From Mobula hypostoma (taxonomy: Eukaryota), in contig NC_086108.1 of NCBI RefSeq assembly GCF_963921235.1, forward strand, positions 2,914,001-2,978,000: a stretch of DNA of 64,000 nt. The letters are read 5' to 3'. The translations under genes were made by a program, and so were the position numbers. Each line of letters opens with the position of its first letter. Within the stretch, counting starts at the first letter, position 1. The notes beneath the pieces are model-generated. The model worked only from the letters and a program-made list of their open reading frames with translations. It was not told the origin of the DNA and made no database searches. Shown one piece after another: positions 27,114-40,130 of this stretch.

Positions 27114-28839
27114 CTGCACCTTCTTCCTGATGGCAACAGTGAGAAGAGAGCATGTCCTACATGGTGTTGGGGAGCGGGGGCAATGATGGATGCTGCTTTC
27201 CTGCAACAGCATTCTGTGTAGATCTGCTCAACGGAGAAGAGGACTTCACCCATAATGGACTGGCTGTATCCACTCCTGATGGTAGGACTTTCCGTTCAAG
27301 GACACTGGTGTTTCCACACCCCGGCCATGAGGCTGCCAGCCAATACCCTGCCCCACACATCTATAGAAGTTTCAGACACCATATCGAATCTTCGTAAAGT
27401 TCTAAGGAAGTAGAGATACTGCCATGCTTTCTTTGTAATTTTAATCAGCCTCCCTTTAGAACAGGGGTCCCCAACCATTAACGGAGGGGTCCGTGGAATC
27501 CAGGGTCTTTTAAGAGACTCCTGGATGAATAGATGGAGCTTAGAAAAATAGAGATCTATGGGTAAGCCTGGGTACTTCTAAGGTAAGGACATGTTCAGCA
27601 CAGCTTTGTGGGCCGAAGGGCCTGTATTATGCTGTAGGTTTTCTATGTTTCTATGTAACACTGCCTTAAATACATCTAGTACTCACATCTCTCTACTGCC
27701 TACGGGAGCTGGAACCATATCCATCAGATATGCTAAGGACAACTTACGGTAACAAATTAGCATAGTAACTTGCATGCGTTCGGGATGTGGAAGGAAAGTA
27801 GAGCACCAGAGCAAACTCAGTCACAGAGAGAATTCCACTCATCACTTCCACCCGTCATGTCCGAGCATCTGCATGCTCATCTGCCTATTAACCCCCGCTT
27901 ACCTGGATCCACTGATGACCTGATGACCCTTGCTTCTCATCTTCCCTACCTCCCGCACTTTTTTTTATACTGGCCATCTCCTTCCAGTCCAGAAAGGCCT
28001 GTACTGTGTTGTTCTCTGTTCTAACAGTTATAATGCCATCACTCAAGGTGAGCATGACGTTTTCCTGAGGGGTCATTCCCTTAATGGAGAATGCCTGTGC
28101 ATGACTTTATTTAACGTGGGTAGGCTAATGCACGGGCAGCCCCCACACGGTCCTTGACTGATCTGGGTCAGAGTCCAGTGGTACAGAATGCAAGACGACT
28201 GGGGACCGTTCATTGCTGCTGTGATCCATCATCATCTTCTACCCATTGCACCGTGAAGGTCTAAGTTGGATTGGTCTTGGTCTGGAACCTCCCTCACTGC
28301 CATGCGCAACCCAACAAGGAACTACACAGCATTGCTCTTGGGATCTCAGGAACTCATAAGCTCATCCACCACATCAAACTGATGATCCTCGGAAAAGCCT
28401 ACAAAATGTTCTAACATTTGACCTTAGACCAACATCATTAAAAAAACAATAAGCCCGCGACTCACGGCAAGTAGGCTTTGAAGGAGGAGATTGTGCAGGT
28501 ACATTTCAGAAGAGAAATAATGAAGGGAGAAAGGAATATGTTACTAGGGTGAGAAGTTGGGCAGAAGGAGGTACAACAGGACATGAACATCAGAACTGAG
28601 GGTTAGGGCTTGATTCACAACATCAACTAACCATTTCCCACCATAGCTGCTGCCTACCGTCCAGTGCCTTTGTGTTGCTCACAAGGAGAAAGCCCGATCT
28701 CTATCCCACAGTTCAGAAACAGACTGGGGGGCGGGGGGGGGCGGGGTCACTGGAGCCAAGGGACATCTGCACTACCTATTGTGTTATCTCCACTCTGTGG
28801 TGTGTCAGGTACACAGCTCATGAAACAAATCAATCATAT

Positions 28840-29415
28840 CTACCTCCCTCCAAACCCTTCCCTCTCTGCTCATCGTTTCTCTACTCCTCCTCCTCCCCCT
28901 CCTACTACCCATTCCATCCACCTCTCCCCTGCTCCATCCTCTCCTTCCCTCTCTCCCGCCGTTCCTCCCACTCCCCTCTTCCTCTCCAAACCCCCTTCTC
29001 CCTCTCTCCCCTTATGCCCCTCCCTTCCCCTCTCTCCGCCTCCATCTCTCCTCAGTCGCTCTTCCCCTCCCCTACTCCCTCCACCCTCTTCTTCCCCACT
29101 TCCTTTCTCACCCTCTATTCCTCTCACTCTCCTTCTCCCCTTCTCTCCCCTCCATCTCTCTCTTCCCCTACCTGCTCCCTCTCTCCATTTCTCTTTCCCT
29201 CCCACACTCCACACTCTCCCCCCACTCTGTCAGTCTACCCCCTCTCCCCTACTCCCCGCCCCCACTACCTCTCTTGCTCTCTCCCTCTCTTTCATCTCCC
29301 TCTCCCTCCCCCACTCACGACAGTCATATCCATCTCCCTCTCCCTCCCCCACTCACATCACTCATCTCTCTTTCTCTCCCTCTCTCTCCCCCCCACCCCT
29401 GCACACACCCCCCTA
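28840..29415. repeat. C/T-rich low-complexity tract
   Basis: Almost purine-free on the + strand; the P/S/L-rich ORFs are compositional. Confidence 0.9.
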
Positions 29416-29498
29416 ACCCCAGTTATCCATTGAGGGTTAAAGTTAGTTAATGCTCAGGGAATGCAAAAGGTTCCTAACTCATTCTGTCATGCCCTTAC

Positions 29499-29607
29499 CT
29501 GCGATGCCAACCTCTGCTGTTCCTGCTAGACAGAGATCACCGAAGTGAGCAGAATCGAGCTGATACACCTGAGATGTTTTGGCATTGGGCATCATTCCAC
29601 AACCCTC
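29499..29607 (-). CDS. SARS2: SARS2 coding exon (~exon 9), 109 bp
   Basis: [36 protein letters not shown](G) including the SerRS L-x-G-T-A-E motif; tttacag| acceptor, |gtaagg donor. Confidence 0.96.
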
Positions 29608-31499
29608 CTGTAAAGTTAGGAAATTCAACTGTTAAAGGCATCCTCATCCTCCGTCACCCGTGTCTAGTGCACAGTACAGCACTTCCAAAATTCTGTTCCA
29701 TTGCCTTCAGTGCAACTGCCAGAGAGTGTACTGCTGTTAATACGCACTCAGTGGCCACTTTATTAGGTACACCCCAGAACCTGCAGTGGTCTGCTGCTGC
29801 TGCTGGAGCCTATCCACTTCAAGGTCTGACGTGCTGTGTGGTCAGAGATGCTCTTTGGCACACGACTGATATAACGCATGGCTATCTGAATTACTGTCAC
29901 CTTCCTGTCAGCTCAAACCAGTCCTTCTGCCCAAAGAACTGCCACACATTTGATGTATTCTCGCTTTTCACACCATTCTCTGTAAACTCTGGAGACTGTT
30001 GTACAGAAAAATCCCAGGAGATTAGCAGTTTCTGAGATACTCAAACCACCCCTTCTGGCACCAACAATCATTCCAGTCAAAGCCACTTAGATCACATATT
30101 TTCCCCATCCTGATGCTTAGTCTGAATAACAACTAAACTCTTGATGACGTCTGCATGCTTTTGTGCAGACAGTTGCTACATGATTGGCTGATTAGATATT
30201 TGCATTAACGAGCAGGTGTACAGGTGTAACAATGAAGTGCATTGCTTGTGTAGTATATACATGAGAGCTCAGAATTTCTGGTTTTCTTCTAAGTTAATTA
30301 ATGAGATCAAAGGTCTATTAATATTAATGTCTGCCAATGAACCGATAGGCAATTACTGTGCTTGGAGTAGGTGAGAGAGAGCCTGTCTGAGATACCGAAG
30401 TTAGGATGGATTGTAGTTTTTGATGGACTCTAGATCAAGGTCTTTTTGGGGGTTTTGTTATTGACTGCATGGTGGGAGGGGGGCAATCAGTGACTTTGCA
30501 AGGGTAAGTGGGGGGAATAGGAGGGGTGATGCTTTTGTTACTGCTTGTGTGTGGGAAGGTGAAGGGGTGCTTTAGGGTTCTGATACTTCTGTCATTCATT
30601 CTTCGTTTTTTTCCCTGTTTGAGTAAGAATTTCAGGCTGTATACTGTATACATTCTCTGATATCACACTGAACCATTAAACCATTGTTTGAGGACCAGCA
30701 GAGATGTCACAAAAACTTCAGCAATTTCGCTCAACAAAGGTACAGCAGGCAGTGCAAGTAGTTTGGCTGCTTCACAGTCTTGGCAACCCAAGTTCCATGG
30801 TGAATTTCAGGAGCAGACAGTGTGGAGTTTGCACATTCTCTGTGAGTGCAGTGGTTTTCACTGGGTGCTCCAGCTTCCTCTCTCACGGGCAAAGATCTCA
30901 CTGCATCCAACAGTAAGCCCTGACGGGCTCTTGATTCTGGGTTGGGAAGTCCTGAATTGAAGTCCTTCTCCAGAGTCTGGGCTGTCAAAATCTAGGTCAC
31001 ATCTCCAGTGCAATACTGAGGTGTCACCTTATGGATAAAATGTTAAACCAAGGCCTTCTCTCACCCCTATATAGGCAAGTGAAAAGAAGCTTGAGGATTT
31101 CCTGCTCCTTGACCTACCTGGACAGCCCGGATTAGACAGCATGTCTTATGAGGAAAAGATGAGTGAGCTTGGGCTTGTCTCTTTGGAAAGAAAGTGGATA
31201 ACAGATGACTTGACAGACATGTACATGAAGATAAGAAGCATAGGTCGAGTAGACAGTCTGACTTTTTCCCAGCGTGGAAATGGCTAATATGAAGGGGCAT
31301 ACATTAAGGTGATGGGAGAAAAGTATGGGGGTGGGGGGAGGTGGGAAGGGTTTCAGAGGTAGGCTTTATTTATTTTTTTATTTATTACAGAGAACGATGG
31401 TGCATGGAATCTCCCAGGGATAGTGGTAGATACTTAAGATAACCTTAGATAGGCACATGGATGATAGAAAACTGGAGGGCTACATGGGAGGAGGTTCCT

Positions 31500-32030
31500 G
31501 AAATTGTAATAGCCAATCGTGTGCTCCTCAAATAGTCTCTGACAACCAACTCCAGCTCCTGGTATGTGTGTAGCTTAGCTACTAAGCCCAGCAGAACGGT
31601 TACTACTGACAGAAGTGGCAAAGAAGGGTTACTGGCGCCTTAGAACCAGTCACTTTGGGCAGATGGGACTCATCAGCCGTGGTTGGCAGCTCATCTAGGA
31701 GAAGGAAAACTTTGATCTCAAACATCCGCTGCCTTGCAGCTATACCCAACTCACGGGGAAGGCTTTGGGAGTAAACCTTGAGGAAAAATCTGGAGCTGGA
31801 ATCCCAAAGGCAGTCCAATGTTGAATTCAATCACTGACGGGCAACTCCTACAACGCCGCTGGTGCCAAACTGTATTGGTCTCTGCCGTTCCTTTGGGTTT
31901 ATCAGATGTGTGAGAAGGGGAGCTGGCTACGTGGGCAACAGCTTGCTCTCCATATTGTACTGCCCAAGCTCGTGCATCTAGACTGCTAGGATGCAATATC
32001 TATGGTGGACGCTGACCGGCAGAGGCCTTG
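31500..32030. mobile_element. Dispersed non-coding repeat (RTE 5'UTR/MER6-like, family uncertain); copies at ~41370-41935 and ~46130-46375
   Basis: Shared TCAAATAG.CTCTGACAACCAA...GGCAGATGGG.CT.ATCAG...GGTGCCAAACTGTAT.GGTCTCT blocks. Confidence 0.6.
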
Positions 32031-32174
32031 GTCAGTCATGGGAGAAGGAAGTGTTCGATTGATCATGAAGCAGTTAAAGTTTTGGCACATCATTGTGAGC
32101 TAAATAGCCTGTGCTGTGTTGTAATGTTCCACTTTCCAACACTTGACCTGAGACCAACATCATTAATAAACAAA

Positions 32175-33535
32175 CCCACTGCTGATGCATGACTGTGTTA
32201 CAGGGTTCAGCTCAAACCATGTCATTAAGTTTGCAGATAAACAACAGCGGTTGGCCTCATCAACAATGATGAGTCAGAGTACAGAAAGAGAGTGGAGCGG
32301 TTGGTGGACTACTGTGAGAACAACCGAACTATGAATGTGGAGGAGACCAAGGAAATAATTGTGACTTCAGGAAAGGTCAGATGACCCATTCCCCCTGTGA
32401 ATACACGGCTCCTCCCTAGAGAGAGTTAAGTGTACCAAGTTCCTGGGAGTTCACATGACAGATGACTTCACCTGGTCCCTCAATATCACCTCCCCAAACA
32501 AGACAGTACAGTAGTGCCTACACCTTCCTGAGGAGAATGAGGCAAGCGAGGCTCTCCCCCACCCCACCGATTTTAACTGAATTTTACAGGAGCACCAATG
32601 AGAGTGCCCTGACAAGCTTCATCTCCATCTGGTATGGGAGCAGCCGAGCATCGGACTGGTAGTCCCTACAAAGGCCTGTAGGAATGGCTGAGTGGATCAC
32701 AGATATCTCCCGACTATTCATCGGGGACATTTATCAGGAGTGCTGTGTATGCAGGGCCCTTAGTAATATCAAGGATCGCATCTATCTGTCCTGTGGGAGC
32801 ATTGCTTACTTTGATTGTCGAAAGTCACTTCTGTCATGATTGGTCAGTTTTAGAAATTGCAGCTGCTTTTCCCATTGGTTAACTGCCTGGTATCCAGTTT
32901 CAGATATCCCGGGTATAAAATAACACATGGAAGAGGCTCGCTCTCTCTTCCTTTGTTTAAGGGCAAGTGGTGCACACAGCCATTGGGAAGGTAGGCTCTG
33001 CACGCGTCTTTAGCTAAGTGTGTTTCTTGAATATTCAGATTTGTCGTTTCTATAATTTGGGGAACATTAATGTTTGGTCGAATTTTTACTTGTTTGTAAA
33101 TAAATAATTAATATACTTCCTTTGTAGTCAGTGTTTTCTGTCTCACTCGCCAGACCTGTGAATCTGATTCAACATTACACCATTCATGTCCAGCACTCGC
33201 TTTGACTTTCTACCACCAGGCAGGAGACTTTATCTGAAGCATAAAGTCAGGATGTGAAACAGCTTCTTCCCTCAGGCCATTAAGCTTCTGAACTCCCTGC
33301 CACATCAATTTTGAAGTGTCACTGAATAATCGGTTCTGTACCCTATAATATTTAAATTATGCACTTTACCTTGTTTACCTAACCCACCTGTAGATTTTAA
33401 CCTTACTTTCCTAAGCTATCGTGTGTTATATGTGTAATCTGTGTACTACTGTGCTTTACACCGTGGTCCGGAGAAATGTCTCATTTGACGGTATACATGT
33501 ATATAGTAAAATGACAATAGACTTGATTTGACTTG
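32175..33535 (+). mobile_element. Decayed Rex1-type LINE interrupted by an unrelated insert at ~32790-33180
   Basis: Paralogous to 4090-5190 at the nucleotide level. Confidence 0.72.
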
Positions 33536-33736
33536 AAGTAGATATGGCTTTGAAGGAGATTACAGAGATACATTTCAGAGGAGAGACCATGAAGGGAAAA
33601 GGGAAATGCTGAGAGGATGAGATGCAGTCAGGCAGGAGTATGATACAAAAATTAAAATATCAGCAGAGAAGACTTGGGCTGGATGGCCTGCTTCAGTGCT
33701 TTTAATGAATGCAATTGAACAAATTTCTATACTTAC

Positions 33737-33784
33737 AAACACAGCCCCTTTCAACATATCAGGAACAGATATTGCCTCAAATCC
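33737..33784 (-). CDS. SARS2: SARS2 coding exon (~exon 8), 48 bp
   Basis: GFEAISVPDMLKGAVF (class II aaRS motif 1 region); tttcag| acceptor, |gtaagt donor. Confidence 0.94.
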
Positions 33785-35346
33785 CTGAAACAAAAAGTTA
33801 TGGGAGAAGTATTAAATCTGCCAGCACAATTGTACAATATTCAGTCCAAGTTACCCACCCTGACCAGTGGGCATCATGTTACAGCAGTTAGTACAACACT
33901 TTATACAGTGCCAGCGGTAAGACTGGGGTTCAATTCGTAAGGAGTTTGTATATTCTCCCCGTGATCACGTGGTACCCCTGGGTGCTCCAGTTTCCTCCTG
34001 CTCCCAAAGACAGGTGGATCAGGGTTAGGCAGCTGTGAGCGCTCTGAAGCATGGTTTCACTCGCCCAGCATAACCCATGCTAATTTGATTTGGCGCATTT
34101 CACTGTATGCTTCGCCGTACGTGTGACACAGCTAATCTTTTAAACTTTTCTTTAACACTGTCAGACTACTCGGCCCAGAGCCTTCATTCAGTCCAGCCTT
34201 ACAAGGTTCAGCTAAAACACTAAGCTTAACCAGGCCATCCGATTTCATTGGCACTTCATCCCCTCTATGTCCAAGCAATTCAAGTGTTCACTAGACCAGG
34301 GGTTTCCAGCCTGGGGCCCAGGGACCCCTCCATTAATGGTAGACGTCCATGGCATAAAAAAAGCTTGTGAACCCCTGACCTCGACATTACTTAAATACTG
34401 TCAGCCACCAGCATCAACCACTTTCTCAAACCCTATACTTACGCCCTGGCACGACAGCGTAGTGGTTAGCACAACACTTTACAGAACTGGTGACCCTGGT
34501 TCAATTCCCGCCACTGCCTGTAAGGCGTTTGTATCCTCTCCGGGTGCTCCAGTTTCTTCCAAAGATGTACTGGTTGGTAGGTTAATTGGTCATTGTAAAT
34601 TGTCCCGTGATTAGGCTCGGGTTAAATTGGTGGACGGTGTGGCTCAAAGAGCTGGAAGGGCCAATTGTGTGCTGTATCTCAATCAATAAATAAAGGTGGT
34701 GGGGGAAGGGGAAGGAGTTAAAACTGGCAGGTGAGAGGTGAAACCAGGTTGGGGGGGGTTGGGGAGGGAGGGTGGGTGAGGGAGAAGGGAATGAAGTGAG
34801 AAGACAGCAAGGGATATGAAGTGGGAGGAATCTGAGAGGAGAGAATAGTGGACCATGAGGGAAAGGGAAGTTGGGGGGCCATCAAAGAGAGGCGATAGTT
34901 AGGTGAGGAGCAGTGTTAAGAATAGGGAATGAAAAAGGAGAGGAGGGGGAAGAGGGGAGAAACTACCTGAGGTTAGAGAAGTTGATGTTCATGCCATCGA
35001 GTTGGAGAATTAGCTAGGAAAGAAACCTAACAGAAGAATTGCAATTTTATGAAAAATAAACAAAAACTGCTGAAATCTGAAAGAAACTCAGATGTGGGAG
35101 TAGAGGGGCTGAGAACAGATGTGTGGAATAGCACAGACATGGTTGAGAGTTGCACAGGGGAAGTTATGGTTGGGGAAATGGGAAGGCACTTCAGAAGCCA
35201 TGTGGATAGTGTTGACTTCCGAGCAGATGGCATCAAAGAACTTAGGAGAAAGGACTAAATAGAAGAGATTCTGCAGATGTTGGAAGTCTGAATAAAATGC
35301 TAGAGGAACTCAGCTGGTCAGGAAGTATCTATGGAAGAGAATAAAC

Positions 35347-35381
35347 AGTCGACGTTTCAGGCCGAGACCCTTCATCAGGAC
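35347..35381 (-). ncRNA. Minimal hammerhead ribozyme in a Penelope pLTR, sense to SARS2 intron 7
   Basis: Minus strand GTC-CTGATGA-AGGGTCTCGGCCT-GAAA-C-GTC-GAC; intact core, 3-bp stem I. Confidence 0.75.
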
Positions 35382-35677
35382 AACAGTTTATTCCCCTGTA
35401 TAGATGCTGCCTGACTTTCTGAATCCCTCCACCATTTTGTCCATGTTGCTGGGAGAAAGGACTTATCTATACAAGACACTGGATAGAAAGAGATGTGTTT
35501 AAGGCAGCTGTGAAGAAGTTGAGAAAGGCAAGAGTCAGAATGGACCATATGAAAGTGTGAGCAGTGTGGAAAACACGGCAGAAGAAATGATATCTGTGAT
35601 GCTCGTCCGAGGCGCATCAAATGACACGAAGAAGGCAAGGAAGGAGAGCATTTTGGATTTTGTTCAAAAGAGCTCAC

Positions 35678-35783
35678 CCTTTTGAGCAGCTTGCTCATTG
35701 TAAATTGGGCCAAAGCCTGCTGCAGTTCACTGCCTGGTCCTCGGAGGTAGTAGGATCGATGGCCAGAGACATGGGAGAGGCGC
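35678..35783 (-). CDS. SARS2: SARS2 coding exon (~exon 7), 106 bp
   Basis: [35 protein letters not shown]; gatccag| acceptor, |gtgagc donor. Confidence 0.96.
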
Positions 35784-35969
35784 CTGGATCAAGATCAAAT
35801 ACAAAGAGTTAATGTTTAAACTCTAAACCAGCCTCCATTATCCAAGAAGTCATGGCATGGTCCAGCTGTTTTTTTAATATAAACAATTGTTACTGGAGCG
35901 GTTTGGAGAGACTGGGCTAGGGGAAAACACCAAAGACCTTAAAATTCACCTTAGATTCTGTCTGAGTAC

Positions 35970-36310
35970 TCTACAATCTGACGGCATGAGAATCAATTTC
36001 TCCTTCCAGTGAACAAAACTGCCCCCTCCCCTCTATTCCCCACTCTGACCTTTTACTTTTTCTCACCAGCCTATCACCTCCCCATGCGTCCCCTCCTCCT
36101 TCCCTTTCTCCCATTGTCCACTCCTCTCCCATCAGACTCCTTCCTCTCCAGCCCTTGGCCTTTCCCACCCTCCTGGCTTCACCTATCACCTTCCAGCTAG
36201 ACTCCTTCCCTCTTCGAAGAAGGGTCTCGGCCAGAAACGTCAACTGTGTACTCCTTTCCATAGATGCTGCTTGACCTGCTGAGCTCCTGCACCATTTTGT
36301 GTGTGTTACC
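35970..36310 (+). mobile_element. Old Penelope 3'/pLTR fragment (a similar minus-strand fragment lies at ~34690-35005)
   Basis: Similar to 9940-10380; degenerate hammerhead at ~36213-36246. Confidence 0.7.
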
Positions 36311-37094
36311 TTAAAATTACAGCTGGGATGCTCAAGGAAGATTAGATTAGATTAGATTATGAGGACATGCAGCCCTCTTTTATTGTCATTTAGTAATGCA
36401 TGCATTAAGAAATGATACAATATTCCTCCGGTGTGATATCACAGAAACACAGGACAGACCAAGACTGAAAAACTAACAAAAACCACATAACATATAGTTA
36501 TAACAGTGCAACAATACCATAACTTGATGAAGAACATGCCATGGCACAGTAAAAAAGTTCCAAGTCTCTTGAAAGTCCCACATCTCACGCAGACGGGAGA
36601 AGGAAGAAAACTCTCCCCGCCATGCCCCGCCACAGTCCAACTCTGAGTCGTCTGAAAACTTCAAGCCTCCGATCGGCCCTCCGACACCAAGTACCAAGCA
36701 CCATCTCTATCCGAACGCTTCATCCTCAGCCTTGGTCACCAGCAGCAGGCAAAGCTGGGGATTTTGGGGCCTCCCCTTCGGAAGATTCTCAATCGCACAG
36801 TAACAGCAGCAGCGAACCGGCATTTCAGAAATTTCTCCAGATGTTCATCTGTACTTTCATATCTGTCTCCATCAAATCAGAATTGTCCACTGCCCCTATT
36901 TAACAGATACGATATCATTTCACCGGAGATCTGTGCGCGCTGCCATCTTCAATGCCAGCTGCCATAAACATTGAGTTCTCTGCCCAACAGATGGTGGGAT
37001 CAATGGAAAATTTTAAAACCACCATTATTTTTATAAAAACAAAACACTGATGATACTGGAATCAGAAAATAATTATTGGAAATACTCAACATGT

Positions 37095-37485
37095 CTGGGT
37101 GGCAGGGTGGAGATACGTCTCTACCAAAGGTGTAAGGTGCTCCCGTCCTCTGCTACCCTATAGGTCACCTTTAGGCAAGGTGTAGCACCTGCTTAGCTGT
37201 GCCCCCCCCCCCCCAATGTCAGGGTCACGTGAAGCCATAGGAGCAGATCGTGGATGGTTGTATGATCAGCCGGTGCATATCACAAGTCCTGGTTATGTGA
37301 CCACCGACACCAGGCAATCTCTGAAGAATATTGATAATGACAGGAGTCACCCATCTCATAAAGACACTGCCCAGAAGGCAGCAATGGCAAACCACTTCTG
37401 TAGAAAAATTTGCCAAGAACAATGATGGTCATGGAAAGACCATGATTGGGCGCATCATAAGACGCAGCCCATAACGAATGAATGG
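37095..37485 (+). mobile_element. Dispersed SINE-like repeat; inverted copy at ~53945-54335
   Basis: GGGTGGAGATACGTCTCTACCAAAGG...CAAACCACTTCTGTAGAAAAATTTG present in both orientations. Confidence 0.65.
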
Positions 37486-38489
37486 ATTCAACATGTCAGC
37501 TAGCATCTGTGGAGAGAGGAAAAAGGTTGATGCTTCATCAAAACTGTTAAAGCTTTCTTTGGACAGGGGTTAAGAGAATATGGAATGTGGATGATGAATG
37601 GAGTCCAATGTCAACATAATTAGGCATAGAAAAGTACAGCACATAATCAAGCCATTTGGCCCAACTAGTCTGTGCTGAACCATTTAATCTACCTACTGCC
37701 ATCAACCGGCACCAGGTCCATCGCCCTCCATACCACTACCACCCATGTACCCTAACTTTCCTTAAACATTGAAATTGACCTCGCATGCACCACTAGAATG
37801 CAGAACTGGGTAGTGTGAGAGAATACTTTTCTTCTACAACATCTTTGAAACAAGAAATACTTCCATGGCAAATAATATACACAGTTTTCCATTTGAAAGA
37901 AGAAATACTTCCATGGCAAATACTATACAGTTTTCCAATATTTGGTGTCTATAATGTACTGCAACGAGCCCCAGAAACCCTAGAGTTGACACAGACTGAC
38001 CAACAAAAAAGTCAAAAGTTCTTCTAACATTCATCAACTCTGTCCTGTCCATATCTAGACCCAGATTCGCTAAGTACTAATGTGAAGAACTTCCCAGTCA
38101 GAGTCCATCAACATTCAGATTCCCTTCCCTGTGAAGAACTTATTACAGGAAAGATACTAGCATGAATAGAAGATTGGGTGATTGGCAGGAGGCAAAGAGC
38201 AGGAATAAAAGGGGCCTTGTCTGGTTGGCTGCCGATGACTAGCGGCATTGCAGGGATTGGTGTTGGGACCCCTTCTTTTCTTATGGTTTTCTTGTGATGG
38301 ACCTTCATTGGACCAGGGAACAATGGTACCTCCTGGAATAAGCAGACAAACTGACGCACAGTAGGAGATCGTGCCATTTTATGCCTGCATCCAGTTAAAA
38401 CATCTATACAAGTTTTTACAAGTATGATTGCTATTCCATTAGGAAAGAGGGCTGGTGAGTCACCGCTCTTGAAATTTGAGGTCCCAGCA

Positions 38490-38710
38490 TCGGCGAGGCA
38501 GGAGTTCAAGTTTGGAGTTCAGTATCCTGTCATCAGTGATGCAAGAGTTCAATTGTGGTGTTCAGTATCTTGTCATCAGTGAGGCAGGAGTTTGAGTGTG
38601 GAGTTTGGTGTCCCATCATCAGTGAGACAGGAGTACGAGTGTGAAGTTCAGGATCCCATTATTAGCATGCCTGGTACTCGAGTCTGGGGTTCAGGCTATC
38701 GTCATCGGTT
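38490..38710. repeat. Diverged ~43-bp tandem repeat, ~5 units
   Basis: GAGGCAGGAGTT.AGT.TGGAGTTCAGTATCC.GTCATCAGT recurring near 38494, 38538, 38581, 38623, 38665. Confidence 0.75.
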
Positions 38711-39339
38711 AGTCCGGGGGTGGGGGGTTATGGGTCAACACTTAAGATTAAAGATCAAAGCCTGAAGGTCAATTAGAAGTCCAGAAATCGAAGCTTGATA
38801 GTTGAAGACCAAAGACTGGAAACCTGTTCTGGGATTGAAGAACCGATGTGTGTTGGAAGGTGTGAGGGAGGAATATGGCTTGTCTTGCTGTTGTTCTGTT
38901 GCTTATTGTGTTCAGTGTTGTTCTGCTGAACACTGTGGGCATGCTACGTTGGTGCCAGAATGTGTGGTGATGTTTGCAGGCTGTCCCTAGCACTTCCTAG
39001 GGTGTGTTAATGCAAACTACATATTTTACCTATGTTTCAATATATACTCAGTGTCCACTTTATTAGGTACCTCCTGCACAGAGTAAAGATCAAAGTTGAA
39101 AGTAAATTTATTATGAATGTACATATATGTCCCTGAAATTCAGTTTTTGTGGGCATACTCAAAAATTCATAATAGAATAACCACAAAAGAGTCAATGAAA
39201 GATCGCACCCCAAGTTGGGCGTTCAACCAGTGTGCAAAAGACAATGAACTGTTCAAGTACAAAAAGGAAGAAAAAATAATAATAAATAAACAATAAATAT
39301 TTCTTGTTACATACACCTGTTAGGGTGCATTCTCCAGTT

Positions 39340-40130
39340 ACCTTATAAGGTAACCGTAGCCTTCAGCCAGGAGCAGATGTCATCAGGTGATTCCCAACCT
39401 TCACCGAGTGTTTCGAACCTTAACCATGACACTCGCCAGTTGGTGGGCCGGCAGTGGTGGCCAAATCACTGCCCATCTGCTCCTGGCTTCCAGCTCCCCT
39501 CCTCTTGCCTACTCCAAATCCAACAAGAGGCTCCTTCTGCCTCTTCCCCCATCCTACGAACTGCTCGTTTTTTGCTCCTTTCGTCTAGGCCCAGATCTGA
39601 CAACAACCGCCATGCTGATTTGGCTGGGAAACCTCTGCAGCCGATCTCCACAGGGAACAACCATGCCTACCATCCCTTGTCTTTACACTCCTGCTGGTAC
39701 TTCAAGGCCTTTATCTCGTGGGCCTCTTCCTATCCCTCCTCCCACGGCACAGTCAGTTCAACCAGAATTATTTTCTTGTCTTTGGTTGACCAAAGTACAA
39801 TGTCCAGGCGTAGGGTTGTGTGCACCACATCCGGGAACTGCAATCTCCTTCCCACATCGACCCTCATCTCCCAGGACCTGGCTGTTAGCAGCAGATTGGG
39901 CTTTGGTTGTTTGGTTACGAAAGGCCTGGCTCCCTCTTTGATGAAGGCGATGGCCTTCCTCAAATCTGTGCCAGCCGTCCTCTTCTTGCATCTAGTGTGT
40001 CAGCAAGAGCCAGAAGCACCTTATCATGGCGCCACCTATACGGTCCTTGAGTTAGAGCTGTTTTACACCCGGACAGTATCTGAGCCAGTGTCCCCTCTTG
40101 ACCACAGAGCTTACAGAACATGAGATGAAG
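39340..40130 (-). mobile_element. HERO/R2-group LINE C-terminal fragment (zinc knuckle plus restriction-like endonuclease), frameshifted
   Basis: CKLCGQEGTLAQILSGCKTALTQGPYRWRHDKVL; TTLRLDIVLWSTKDKKIILVELTVPWEE; FPVEIGCRGF; EEAEGASCWIWSR. Confidence 0.85.

Noticed and set aside
28664..29433. 250-aa Pro/Ser/Leu-rich ORFs
   Set aside because: Artefact of the low-complexity pyrimidine tract
37845..37940. Short ~46-bp direct duplication
   Set aside because: Ordinary local slippage with no further structure
39377..40123. 248-aa plus-strand ORF
   Set aside because: Antisense shadow of the HERO-type LINE fragment
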